64,000 bases of DNA, from NCBI GenBank assembly GCA_965153285.1, contig OZ229121.1. The stretch is one strand, 5' to 3'. Under the pieces are notes generated by a model. It searched no databases and was not told the origin of the DNA. It saw nothing but the letters and a program-made list of their open reading frames with translations. How positions within the stretch are numbered: position 1 is the stretch's first letter; each line of letters opens with the position of its first letter. Both the position numbers and the translations under genes were made by a program. Below are positions 13,461 through 26,293 of the stretch, piece after piece. This DNA is from Podarcis tiliguerta. Lineage: Eukaryota.

Positions 13461-15645
13461 TAAATAAATTATTAAACTAAACTCTTAAAAAGCAGTATTT
13501 TTAAGCAGAGACGTGGATTTTTGCTTTGCTTTTTAAGCCACCAGAACCAGAAGCTGCTGCTGCCTGACCCTGTTAAGCAAGGCTTCAGGGTGGGGGAAGG
13601 GGGACAATGACAGGGGTGGCAAAATGGGATGGGCTACCCCTGGTTTTAGGGGTGTATTCCTGGCTCAGGCAGTCCTTCTCCCTTCTCTCCAGCTGTCTCC
13701 TTGCACACATAATTCTTTTTGGGAGGCAATAATGGTTGGTTTTTTTCGCATCTACACTTGCGTGAACATGATTTGAAATCTCCTTTTAACCGTGGACACA
13801 ACTGTGGCCTGGACTACACATGGTGCATTAAAACGCCACCGTAGATGTAACGCTATCCATGATTTGCTTCAAAAAATGGCACAGAGACAGGAATTGCCAT
13901 TGAGAAGAGAGGATGCAATTGGGAAGAATTTGCAGGGTACTCCTGATCTAATCAGGGCACATTTGGGGATAGAGGGAAAAGTGGAAAGGTGTTGTTTTTT
14001 AATTAAAAAAACAGCTAATCTAGGGAAATTGCACTTTGTTCAAACTGTGCTCTGTTCAAAACATTATCCTCTCAATAGCTGAACATTCTTAATATATTTT
14101 GAAAGACAGATCGCGTAGGGCTAAAAAATCATTTTTAAATGGGGTTTAGAGCATCCTTTCCCAACCTAGGGGCCTCCAGATGTTTTGGAATACAACTCCC
14201 ATTACCCATAGCCAGCATGGGTTTCCTGGCAGTGGCTGATGGGAGTTGTAGTCCAACCATGGACTACAGATGTTGACATCTGAAAGGCACTAGATTAGGG
14301 ATTGTTGGATTAGAGAAGACACAGTAAGTGAATAATAATACTTTCTGCTCTACCACACGGAAAGAAACTATGCCAGGAAACATTTATATATAGAACAAAA
14401 TCTGACATGTCATCCCAGACTCAACAAATAAGGAACAAATATTGTCAGGTCACCAAAACAATACTGGTGAAATAAATATTTCTAATAGAATGAAGGGTGG
14501 AGAATGCATTTCCCCCCCTGATCTTTATGTCAATATTCCTTTCTGAATGATCTGAATTTTTTATACTCTTCAGACACACTCTTAACTTAAAATATCGCTC
14601 TCACTAAAACTACCAATAATGAGGTTTGGGCCTGCTACTGTTGCCAATTAAATAAACCACTGAAAAATGTAACATTTTATGAATAAAAGGTTGCTGTGCT
14701 TGGAAAGATTGTTTTGTGTAACATTTATAATGTTATAGTCTGAAATTTGCAAATATTTACATCATCTTGAACTTTAAGAATCAACTGACCTCATCCTTAA
14801 CTGCATAATAAAAAGTTACTACAGAACTGCAAGTGAAAAAGAGATCTCTGTTCTTCCACATTAGATGCATTTTATCATTACCACTCCAGCAATTTTAAAT
14901 CCAAGACAGATAATTTTAAAGTGTTTCATTTTCTCAAATTAATAAACTTAGAAATGCAATTTAAAATGTACAATATCATCCACTATAAAAAAAACCAGAA
15001 TGAATTGCTACAATCCAAACCAGAATTTAGGAAGGGAGGGGGGAATAGTATTCGGAGTATCCTGACAGTCTTCCAATTTATTTTTCCCATGACACTTTTA
15101 TTAGAGGGCAAGCTACATTAGAAACAAACTGAACTTTCCCCTGGCTAGATGCTAATGACAACTCCAGAAATAAATTGAAAATGCTTGAACTATGTTCACA
15201 ATTACAGCACCACTCACCCAATGTACATGATTTCAATTTTAGAGTGTGGGGAAAGATCAACTTGCTTCCTGCCTCTCTAAATGGTTACATAGGACTGACT
15301 CATATATAATTATTATATTATTATATATATATTCATAGCCTGTCTTCCTCCATGACAGGAACCCAAGGCAACTTCCAGATAAAAACAAGAATTGATAAAA
15401 ACTTTTTTCTTGATTTTACTGTTTATCTTTTGTAATTTGCTTTGAAGTTTTCTGCAATCAAAGAAGTATAAACTTTATGAAATAAATAAATGAAGGAATA
15501 AAAAAATAGAAAAACCCATCATTAAAATACAAAAACTGATTTATACACACATATAAAATCTGTTTAAAACATACCAATAATTACAATAAAAACAGCACTG
15601 TACCAGCCCTTTCACTAAAGAGGTCAGTTCCTAAAGGTCTGTTGG

Positions 15646-15800
15646 ATAGAATCACAGAATTGTACAGTTGGAAGGGACCCTAAGGATCATCTAGTCCAAC
15701 CCCCTGCAATGCAGGAATATGCAGCTGTCCCATACAGGGACTGAACCTGCAGCCTTGGCATTACCAGCACCATGCTGTAACCAACTAAGCCATCCAGGCC
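15646..15800 (-). mobile_element. tRNA-Ile-like SINE with CR1 3' tail
   Basis: Minus strand GCTTAGTTGGTTACAGCATGGTGCTGGTAATGCCAAGG resembles tRNA-Ile(AAT), followed by the same CR1 tail. Confidence 0.78.
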
Positions 15801-18084
15801 CATATATAACAACTATAGTGCTCTCCATGGACCAGTATATCAGGCAAATGCATTCCGTGCTAGCAAGGTGCAACATGAAGACAGAACCAGCTGTGATAAG
15901 TCTGCATTACCCTGCAGAGATCCAGTGCTCTCCTGGAGGCTAGAGTACCAGATCTAGGGGTGTTCCTCACAATGACCCTTTAAATACCCATCTCAGCCTG
16001 GGAGGGAGGGCAACACTGCAAACACAGTTACATGGGTAAGGACTGAACACACACATTCATTATTCCAAAATCCTTGTGAAAATGTAAATTACTAGAACTA
16101 GGCTGCTGCCATCCAGTTTCCCCAACCACACATCTGGCTAAATATCTAGTTTACAGATATGGTTCTCTTGATACAGGAAGAACACAGAGCAGCTAGGGGG
16201 AAGTCGCATTTCTGCTTTGCTAGGGGCAGAAATAAACAGAGATTCCTTTATAATAATGATACATGTCTAAATTGGAATTTCCACATGATAACTAAGCTGT
16301 CTATATTAAGCTGATCCCACAACAACTAAATTAAGCTCCTGAGCGTCTTATAGTTCATCTGAGTTTTAGAGCTTTGGCAGACAGCTGACTGTTCTTGCTG
16401 TATCTTCTGTATTGGAAACTTTCCTAACAGTTTCATTTTCCAGCTACTTTGTTCTATAACAGTCACCGCACCAAAGCAGAGGTGTGATAATTATTATATT
16501 CAGGCGCCAAAGTACAAAGATACCTCCCACCCTGTGAGATAATCCTAATAAAATTAAGCCTTGACCAGAAGTTCAAAGCGGTGAGACCAGATATGTTTCC
16601 TTTCTGAAACTTGCCAGCTGAAAAGAGTTTCAGTCAACTGTGAATCTGCTATTTTCCTAAAACAAAGACAGGCTTCAGGAATGTTTTTAAAAGGCTTTGA
16701 AGTTACAGCATGAATGACAAGCACCACTAGAATTTGAAGTGTGGCTCTGCTTATTCTCCTTTTCCCTACTGGATTGTAAACTTTACAAATAATAAAATAA
16801 GAGCTTTAAATGGTGTGCCTTATTTGGAATGTTTAGAAGTAGATACCGTAGAAAATATTAGAACTGAGATTTGATAATGGACAAAGCCCCAAGGGGATCA
16901 TTGCAGAGATAATACGGTTCAAATATATTATTAATTCCTCCCTCCCCTCCATTCTTCATTTCTCACTCCTACCATGTTTGAGTAACATTACTGGAGAGGA
17001 AAATGAGATGTTCCTGTGTACTAAACCTTGTGTTACAATAACCTAGAGCTGTCTACCTCACCACTGGTATATGACTATTCCTTTCAAGTTCGCCTGTAGC
17101 TTCCCGTTCATTTCTGACTTCCTGCCAGGATGTACACGTCATCATACTGGATTTGATTTTACAGACTTTCCAACACTGGGTCTATTTGGTACACATGTTA
17201 ACCAGGTGCTGCCCTCCAACACTATACAGATTCAAAGCATCTCAATGTCGACCACACACATGTATGCAACAAGGTGCTCATGCTTTGAATCAAGTAGGAA
17301 AACTGCTGCAAATTTCACTTCTAGCTTAGAGAGTAAGTACAAAACTGAAAAGTTTTCAAAACTTTGTATCCAGCAATGGTGAACTATACATTAAGTAGTG
17401 GGTATGAATATATGAAAAGCATTTTAGGAATCGCCAGGCACAAGAATCTGAGATTTACAAACATACCATAAAAACTGAAAATAGTTTTTTGGTTTTTAAA
17501 CCCAGCTAAAGAGATTTTTAAAACAATCCAATCAAACACTGTGGATGAGACCTTTTCACCCAGCTGGAAAATTTATCTATCCTTACTGATTGTACAGTTT
17601 TATAATAGTCAGCAATATCAGTGGGGAAACTGAAAGACACACGCTCTAATATTTGTAACAGATTAAACACAGTAATGTGTATCATTTCAATACCTAATGT
17701 TCCATTTTATCTGGCAGAGGTTATGAGCCAATATTTGTTGGCTCAAACGTATCAGCCAATACACAATGGCATTAGTGAAAAAGTGAAACACAGCATCATT
17801 CAGAGTTGTTATAACACTGTGATGTTCCATTTGTAAAATACCATGTTCAATGTTAATGAAGTGACCATGTATATGCTAGTGTTGGGTAGGGAGTGAGGAG
17901 AGAGCACTGTCATGTACCTACCACTACAAATTATCTTATCATATTTTTTAAACTCCTTTCAGCATCACAATGACAGACTCCCTAGACTTTTACCCAGCAG
18001 GAGACAACAGTGGTGCAAGGCCACAAATACAAAGGTACAGTTCAAAGGCAAATAATTCAGTACTGCGTACTACAACAAAACTTC

Positions 18085-18694
18085 GAAACCAGAGGCCTTT
18101 CTCCTGGGCATGGTCGGCCAACTGGTGTTAAAGAAGGATAGAACTTTCTTCATGTATGCCACAACAGCAGCAAGAACACTTATCGTGCAGTATTGGAAGA
18201 CGCAAGAACTACCCACTCTTGAAGAATGGCAGATGAAAGTGATCGACTACATGGAATTGGCAAAAATGACTGGCAGAATCAGAGACCAGGGAGAAGAGAC
18301 AGTGGAAGAAGATTGGAAGAAATTTAAAGACTATTTACAGAAAAATTATAAAATTAATGAATGTTAGAATGACATCGGATGGAGGTTAAAAGGTTATTAG
18401 TAATAATGCGGTGAAGGAATGTGGAAAATTTGAAGGTTAAAAGATGCAAAATTAAAGGTTTAATACATTAAGACACCAAGATAAAGATTAAGATAAGATA
18501 AGATAGAGGGAAGGGATTTGCTGATTAAACATTTAAACTAGAATACAGTGAGGGGAGGTGTGGGGAAGTCTGGGAAATAAGCAAATGCAAGAAATATTAT
18601 GAAAATGGAATTGTTTTATTTGTTTTTTCTTTTTCTTTTTGTATTTTTCTTTTTTTCTTTATGTAAAAGTTTTAATAAAATTATTTAAAAAAAA
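18085..18694 (+). mobile_element. L1-clade LINE 3' end
   Basis: FMYATTAARTLIVQYWKTQELPTLEEWQMKV; AATAAA plus poly(A); TSD AAAACTTC. Confidence 0.88.
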
Positions 18695-19748
18695 AAAACT
18701 TCTTACCCACTCTGAGATTTGCATGATGATCTGATTTTAGTCTACTGATGCAAAGCTTTTGTTTATGAACTATTCCTGTCTATTCTCCCATCAGGCATTT
18801 GCACTTTCAATACAAAGTTATTCGTACATGTGCTTCCCCCACTCCAACTCAGCAACCTCTTCCCTCCCCCACAAGCAGCACTATATTTTATTAAGGTCAT
18901 TTCAATGTAACTGTACTTTGGCTCCCTGTCATGCCATTCATTCTGTGGCATTTGGCTCTTGGGAGAATATTTATACAGGCCAATAGCAACACTCAGTCTG
19001 CAGTGTTGCTGTTCTGTTGCCGTTTTGACATTTCGCTTCAGTTCATTCCTCCCACCATAAAAAGAATCTAAATCTAAATCATCATAGTGTTGGCTTCCTC
19101 AAAACAAAGTCAACAGAAGAAAATTAGAACAGCTAATTGTGAAAGATGGGGCCAGAGAGGGCAGCTCTCATTTTACTCAAGACGCTAAATGCAGTATACA
19201 TTAGAATCAACTGGAGGTTTGGGGTGTTGTTGTTTTTTTCAAATCAAAGAACAACACAGAAATATGGAAATGACACCAGAGCCAGAGAGAGGTAATTGAT
19301 CTTAATTAAAAAGGCTTATTGTTAGAAAACCAACCAAATGTGTATTTAAACACTAAATTTGAATTTGCAACGATATAAATGTTATTAAGTACAATTTTTA
19401 GTCCACATTTATCATGTGATCTCAAGGTGTATTACAGCATGTGTAAAACATTAAGAATTCTAGGCAATTTAAAGTAGATAAAAACCGTGTTGAAAAGTTC
19501 TATCACAAAACACCCAAAAATGACACAGCAGTTACCAGCCCATAAATGCATGGACAAACTGATAGTATTCACTTGGCACTGAAACAAGGTATCAGTGCTG
19601 GTCAGATTTACAGCAGGAGGGCATTCCACAGTCAGGACCCCACCACAGAAAAGGACCCATGCTATGTCACCTCTGCAATACCACAGGAATGGTTATCCCT
19701 GCGGAATAACCAGCCACATATAACCAACATGCTTAAGTCTAACTAATG

Positions 19749-19779
<31 letters not shown>

Positions 19780-20016
19780 GGTGTCATGTGCTTTGAAGAC
19801 ACTCGAACTCAGGAGGCAAGGGAGAAACATGCTAGGAGGAAGGCACGCTTGACAAATCCACACCATGATCAACTCCCACCGGGAAACCAATGTCCCCACT
19901 GTGGAAGGATGCGTGGATCCAGAAAAGGCCTCCACAGTCACTTACGGACTCATTGTTAAAACCATGTTTATGGAAGACAATCGTACTCGGCTACAAGTGA
20001 TTGCCAAAGAAGAAGA
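19780..20016 (+). mobile_element. RTE-type LINE 3' end with C2H2 finger
   Basis: CPHCGRMRGSRKGLHSHLRTHC*; GAA tail; (TAA)n on both sides. Confidence 0.75.
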
Positions 20017-20061
<45 letters not shown>

Positions 20062-20405
20062 TTATTTATACCCCGCCCTTCCAGGTTTAAAAACCGGGCT
20101 CACGGCGGCTAATAGAAAATATAAAACATTTATTAAAATGCAACTTAAATACAGCAAAAAATACAACATAAAATGCAGCATCAATATCAATAATATTCAA
20201 AAATTCAGGGGTCAATTGGGGGGGGGCAGACATCAAATGACCACCAGGACTAACTGGCCAAGTTGGTCCAATAGGGCTAGCAAGGAGACCAGGGAAGAAT
20301 TTAAATGTGGGGTCCCAGAAAGGGTTTCTTCATAGAAGAGGAAAGGGAAAAAGGGAATAGAGGATCAGGCTAATTCAAATTGAAGGTCAGGTGGAATAGC
20401 TCTGA
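20017..20405 (-). mobile_element. L2 LINE 3' end with (TTA)n tail
   Basis: Reverse complement resembles 11470-11742. Confidence 0.75.
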
Positions 20406-21207
20406 AGGAGTTAAAACCATCCAGTATGATGTCCTACCAGGTTTAGCTATGTCACTTCCCCTTAACTGGGAGGAAATAGGTAATCAAGCCCTTGTTCCCT
20501 TCCCCAGGCTACCTGAGAAACTTGGCATGTGAAGAGGTTTGAGCTGGCTGCTCCAGCTCAGCCGCATGGCTCTCACCAGCCACTCTTGAGTTACCTAGGA
20601 ACTTCTTAACTAAGCTAAGTTTTGCCGTCCATGCAACTTTTCTGACCGATGTACAGAAAAGCAAGGGTAGCCGCATGTAAAGTGTATTAAAGGAATCCAA
20701 ATGGGAAGTTAACAGATTATGGGTCGCTGGGATTGGTTAACTTTGTTCAGGAACAGCCATGGTGGGTAAACCAGGCAGAGCTTGGCAAAGGCACTTCATG
20801 CCTCTGAAGCTATATAGGCTTGGGTATTGTTTAGGGGGGGGGTTGCTGGTGGTGTGGTTGCTGCTGTTAATTTTTGTATCTTTATTTTGTATCCTATGAT
20901 TCATGATTTATGTTGTAAAATAGCTTGAGCATGGTTTTAACCATACAAATAAAATGATTGATTGGGCTTCTTGTGACAAAGCTGGATCAAGGAATACCTG
21001 AGATTATGCACCTGAACTTTAAGGGAGAATGTCACCCCATCCAGAGCAAATCTGTCTTTCAGCCAAATCCTATGCATGTTTCCTCAGAAACAAGTCCCAC
21101 TGAGCTCAAATGCAACATACCTAAATATGTGTTAAGACTACAACCACACTTTCCTTTATGTTTTCTCCTAATTTTTTTCCAAATTATCTCAGTCATGAAT
21201 TACTTAC

Positions 21208-21321
21208 GGTAAGTTTGACCTACATTCCGTAAGAAGAGATTGCTCAAATGCAATCCTCTCGAGTTCATGCAGCAAATATCCTCCCAATTCGAAGAACCAC
21301 CAAGTCTAACTGGACACCAGC
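21208..21321 (-). CDS. TRAK1: Probable TRAK1 5' exon (ATG at 21268: MNSRGLHLSNLFLRNVGQTY, phase-1 end)
   Basis: ttttttttag acceptor, CC|gtaagt donor, 114 nt open throughout; phase-1 end matches the recalled phase of the TRAK1 VCNSTDLP exon; identity inferred from synteny. Confidence 0.5.
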
Positions 21322-23281
21322 CTAAAAAAAAATAGCTGAAGCAATATTACTTCAGGAAGTAAGATGGCTGCCAAATCAAATTCCAACTACACTTTTGTGT
21401 AACGGGAAGTTACTAGAGCGTTGAAGATGAGCCTCAACAAAGCCAACAGGATCCTGAAATAAAATTACTTACTCTGAGAAAGATGATCTGCTTTAATGCT
21501 GGCTAAACCACTCCATACTTAATCATATATAATATTCTCCAATTCATAACATGAAAAGACCACTTGTAAATCAATAGCAAATACCATACCATAGGAAGAA
21601 CACAGTATTGGATTGATGTTATGTTGTGATCCACTCTGAGATCTATGAGTGTAGGGAGGCATACAATTTTAAGAGTACCAACCAAGACCACATTTGTCAC
21701 TTAATCAATTGAGATAAAATCCCTGCAAAAAAAGTTTATCTGAAAGTTCCATTTTCCATGTCAGAGTCTTTTTAAAAAAAGTATCTAAAGCAAACTATTC
21801 AGAGTGAAAATGGAGCTTTGTCAATGCTTAATGCCTGCTAATGTGTTACTAATGAATAAACTAATGAATTCCAGCAATAGTGACTAGGACAGGTGATTTA
21901 TAACACTTTAAGACGCAGTAGGTCAGCTCTACATCATATTTAAGCTCTCTCCGGATTAAAATGTAGAGAACTGAATGCATTAAAACAGACCATGCCTCAA
22001 ACTGCAAAACCACTAAGCATTTTAAGAATAATCGCAATACATGAGTGTATATAGATTGAGAAGGGTACCATATACATTTACAATTAGGGTTTACTTGCAA
22101 TGTACAACTTCTTGATTCTAAAACAATTTTCCTCTCTTTGGTAAATTTACCGGTAATTATAACTGTATGCAACAAAAGGGCACCAGAATGACATGAATGA
22201 AATCCTAAATATTTTCTAAACTGTAGAATGCTTTTTAAGAACTAACTTATTTCCATGTCCATAGTCTAATTTTTAAAGTTACATATTCGGGTGCACCATT
22301 ACTAAGCAAAAGCTTCTTTAAAAAGAAAAGGCGTCGGGACACAGCAAAGTATCTTTGAAATAAGAAATAGGACATAGGGTGGGCAGGCTGGCTGGCTGTG
22401 TTCAATTATGCAGGTTTCTTACAGAATTGAACATGTGTTTAGTGGATAATAAGGTCCACTACTTGAGCCTGCAGTGACTCCCTAGCTTCTAATAGCAACA
22501 GCTGTTGAAGGTAAAATTTTAGGCCTTCAGCCTAGATAGAATCTGGCAGCTACAGATGGCAATCGGCTGCTAGAGCAGTCTCTGGACAGCTTTGTGGGTC
22601 AAACTAAACAAAGTACTAATCTTCGCCAAAATGTAAACTGAGTATAAGCCAACAACCTTAAAAAACATTACAATGGCTTTCATTGTTAGAGTCATCTGAA
22701 GTAATCTCCAAATGACAAGGAAATCAAAGGAGAATGACGTAGATGAATCCATCAGTTTATGTTCATCATATGTTGCCGTCAAGAAAGTTTGTTGTATCTA
22801 TAACTGCACAAGCTCCAATGCATTCTATATAAATACTGTAGGATCTTCACCTATTCTTCCCATTCAGGAGGCACAGAGTATAGCCTGATTATTTAACCTC
22901 TTTCAACAATTAACTGATCTAGGTGATGTGAACTTTCTGAGTACAGGAATCCCACACTTACACTCTGTGCATACACATGAAATTGCATAAAGTGGGGAGG
23001 GTGCTGTTGAGAGAGGCTGTTGAAGCGGCCATCCCGCCCAACTTCCTCGTTGACCTGGGGGTCAGTGGGTGGGTGGGTAGCTGGGTCCCAGTGCCCAGAG
23101 CCACTGTGGGACCTCTTGGCACTCTCCATTTTAGTATTGGAAGTTGATGGAGACTGTTTCTTTTTATCTAGCTTCTGTTCCACCTCCAAGAAAGAATGTT
23201 GCTGTCTGCTTGTGGGAGAGGGCGATGGTGATTGGAGGGCAGAGGGATTCTTGGATACTGCCCAAGGAACAAAACTGACAT

Positions 23282-23310
23282 GAGGGAGGGAGGGAGGGAG
23301 GGAGGGAGGG
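23282..23310. repeat. (GGGA)n repeat, G-quadruplex-capable
   Basis: Seven consecutive G3 runs. Confidence 0.9.
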
Positions 23311-24516
23311 GGCAGGCAGGGTTAGGCATGGAGCATCCCCCAAACAACAACAATAATAATTAGAATTAGAATTTATATTGCCAGGAAGCAAGTGAAGGGG
23401 GGGGGGAGAGATACTCGGAGAGGCTATGCAAGCTGTTTACCCCTGCTCTCCAGCTCTCTCCCACTTTGGTGTCATTTCCTGGTTCCAAACATTTTTTTTT
23501 GTTTCACGGAGGCACACATGGCTGTGCACAACTGGAATGCACATAAGTGGAAGGGGGGCTGTCTGTCTGCGGGCAGCCTAAGTTTCCTTTCAACTCTGAA
23601 AGAAAGTAGAATTTTATCACACATGATTGTAATATACTACTGCCAGAACATCAGTAAAGGATTTGAGTAGAGAGCAATTGTGGCTAAGGGATGCGGGGCA
23701 GTGATTAAATAATTAAACTGAGCCAAAGCGGGTGGGTGGTCTCAGATAAAATTTGGTTTAGAGACATTTTTAAAATATTGCTGCTTTAACATTCTCATTA
23801 AGACAAGGATTTTTATCCTTTTCACTATTTTATGATTCAAAAGTCGTTGCGAGCTTTTCCGATGCCTTATTTGGCAAGCTCGGCACGAACCTGAATTCTA
23901 ACAGCTTACCATAATAATGTGGCAGGCTGAGTGATATTATGCCAACTCTGACCATCCGCTCTCCGCGAATATTATCTGGCCAATCAAAACACAGTGTTTA
24001 ATTTCTGTCACAAAAACATTCTAATTATTAATCAGATCATCACTGGGGAAGAATGGAACAGTTAACGGCCCATTGCTCAGGAATGAACACAGTCTTGTTA
24101 GGCTTGAATACATTTACTGTACTGAGTAAGTCAGGAAGCAACAATTACCAGCGAATTATTAAAAAGAGCCTGGAATGCAGTAACAGCCTATGCAGGGCCT
24201 GAGGGGTAGCTTCATCTGAAGATTGAGCAACATGATGCGCTCATGCACCTTGCCAGACAGTAAAGGTTCTGCAAAAATACACTAATAGCTTTGACAACTG
24301 TGTGACAAGGAAAGGGGGGGCGAATATTTGCAATACACTCATTACAAACACAGGAAGCCGTCTTTTACTGAGTCAAACCAATTGATTCACATTGTTGAGT
24401 GTTGTCTAGGCTGAATGGCAGAAACTCTCCCAAGAAGAGCAGATTAACATAAAAATACCTGGCATGCCCTATCAAACTTCTGCTGGTCACAATAGTAACT
24501 AAGTGCATGTGGGTGG

Positions 24517-24825
24517 TAGGGCTGGGCGATATGATGTATCACCAGCTAAACATCACAATATAGTGATACATCACAATGTTGAAAAGGAAGGAGCACTGGC
24601 CCAGGCCCCACGAGGTACCGGGGTGAAGCTGCCAGTGCCTGGCGCAGGGAGGAAGGAGGCAGCCCACCCGCTCAGCCGGAGAAGGAAGTGAAGGTGCCAG
24701 CCGGCAGGCAATATACCACCAGGTCAAAACACCATATACCACAATATACCACTGTGTCAATATACCACTGGGGTCTGGCCCATAATACAGTCCTGGACAA
24801 TGTATTGATACATCACCCAGGCCTA
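24517..24825. mobile_element. hAT-type non-autonomous element
   Basis: TAGGGCTGGGCGAT...ATCACCCAGGCCTA TIRs; 8-bp TSD gtgggtgg/ctgggtgg. Confidence 0.8.
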
Positions 24826-24892
24826 CTGGGTGGCCTCTTTTCTTGTTGTGAGTATCCATTATTATTTAATTGTCTTCCCATTCATTCCAATA

Positions 24893-25117
24893 CAGTGGTA
24901 CCTCAGGTTGCATACACTTCAGGTTACATACGCTTCAGGTTACAGACTCCGCTAACCCAGAAACAGTACCTTGGGTTAAGAACTTTGCTTCAGGATGAGA
25001 ACAGAAACCGTACTCCGGCGGCGCGGCAGCAGCAGGAAGCCCCATTAGCTAAAGTGGTGCTTCAGGTTAAGAACAGACCTCCGGAACGAATTAAGTACTT
25101 AACCTTAGGTACCACTG
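24893..25117 (-). mobile_element. Tc1/mariner MITE family B
   Basis: Same TIRs and TA TSD; opposite orientation to the 11926 copy. Confidence 0.9.
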
Positions 25118-25669
25118 TACAGGGAGATTAGTTACTCCAGTCTCCAATATTTGGTCCTCTCTGGAAAGCAGCGCTGGATTCAAGGCCATCTCTTAACCAC
25201 CTGATAGTGCTGATTTGGGGCCTACACCTGTGGAGCTATTTGAGGGGACTGCAGGGGACTTTGCACAAGATATGTTCCTACACTCCTTCCTAATCTCCTT
25301 CACCCAGCGGATCTAGGCGTTAGAATTGCAATTCCCATATGCAAAAAGAATGCCACGTTTCATGACATGTTTTCAAGTCCCCTTGAATATTAACAATGGA
25401 ATAAAGGCAGCATACATTTTTTTAAAAATCAAATGTCTCTGAAGTACATCACTCTTCCTCAGGGGAAACTAAACGAGCTGAAAGAGAGAATGTGAAACAA
25501 GTTGGAGCTTAATAAACCATTCTAAGGAACACCTTTTGAAGCTTCGGTTTCACTCCACTTCCTTGCCCCTGGGCAACCTGTCTCAACTAACTGTGTAAAT
25601 GGGCTCAACGAACTTTTCTGCAAACAAAGGCATTGTTTCACACCAGAGGTCTCAGCAGACCTTCTACAC

Positions 25670-25929
25670 CATGGGTAGGCAAACAAGGGCCCGGCAGCTG
25701 GATCCGGCCCAATCGCCTTCTAAATCCGGCCTGCGGACGGTCCGGGAATCAGTGTGTTTTTACATGAGTAAAAGAATGTGTGCTTTTATTTAAAATGCAT
25801 CTCTGGGTTATTTGTGGGGCATAGAAATTCGTTCATCCCCCCCCCCCAAAAAAAAATACAGTCTGCCCCCCCCACAAGGTCTGAGGGACAGTGGACCAGC
25901 CCCATGCTGAAAAAGTTTGCTGACCCCTA
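25670..25929 (-). mobile_element. hAT MITE, same family as 5697-5948
   Basis: Reverse-complement copy; 8-bp TSD TTCTACAC. Confidence 0.9.
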
Positions 25930-25986
25930 TTCTACACACAAAGAGATGTTAAAAGTAGCAACACTCTAGCGTGTTTAGCACCAATA

Positions 25987-26212
25987 CAGTGGTACCTTGG
26001 GTTACAGACGCTTCAGGTTACAGACTCCGCTAACCCAGAAATAGTACATCGGGTTACGAACTTTGCTTCAGGATAAGAACAGAAATCACGCGGTAGTGGT
26101 GTGGCGGCTGCGGGAGGCCCCATTAGCTAAAGTGGTGCTTCAGGTTAAGAACAGTTTCAGGTTAAGAACGGAGCTCCAGAACGAATTAAGTTCTTGACCC
26201 AAGGTACCACTG
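25987..26212 (-). mobile_element. Tc1/mariner MITE family B
   Basis: Same TIRs, TA TSD and internal motifs. Confidence 0.9.
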
Positions 26213-26293
26213 TAATGGTATTTTCCTTCTCCTTTCCATCTTGGTCCACTGCCCCCCCCCCCAAGCAGATAGCTGGGGACTAAGAGAGGATTA

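Noticed and set aside
16972-17150. Minus-strand donor-like sites as a TRAK1 coding exon
   Set aside because: No substantial ATG-initiated frame ends in phase 1 and there is no similarity to TRAK1.
23168-23283. MSVLFLGQYPRIPLP peptide as orthologue of the mammalian TRAK1 first exon
   Set aside because: Only vague resemblance; the frame stops with no convincing phase-1 donor.
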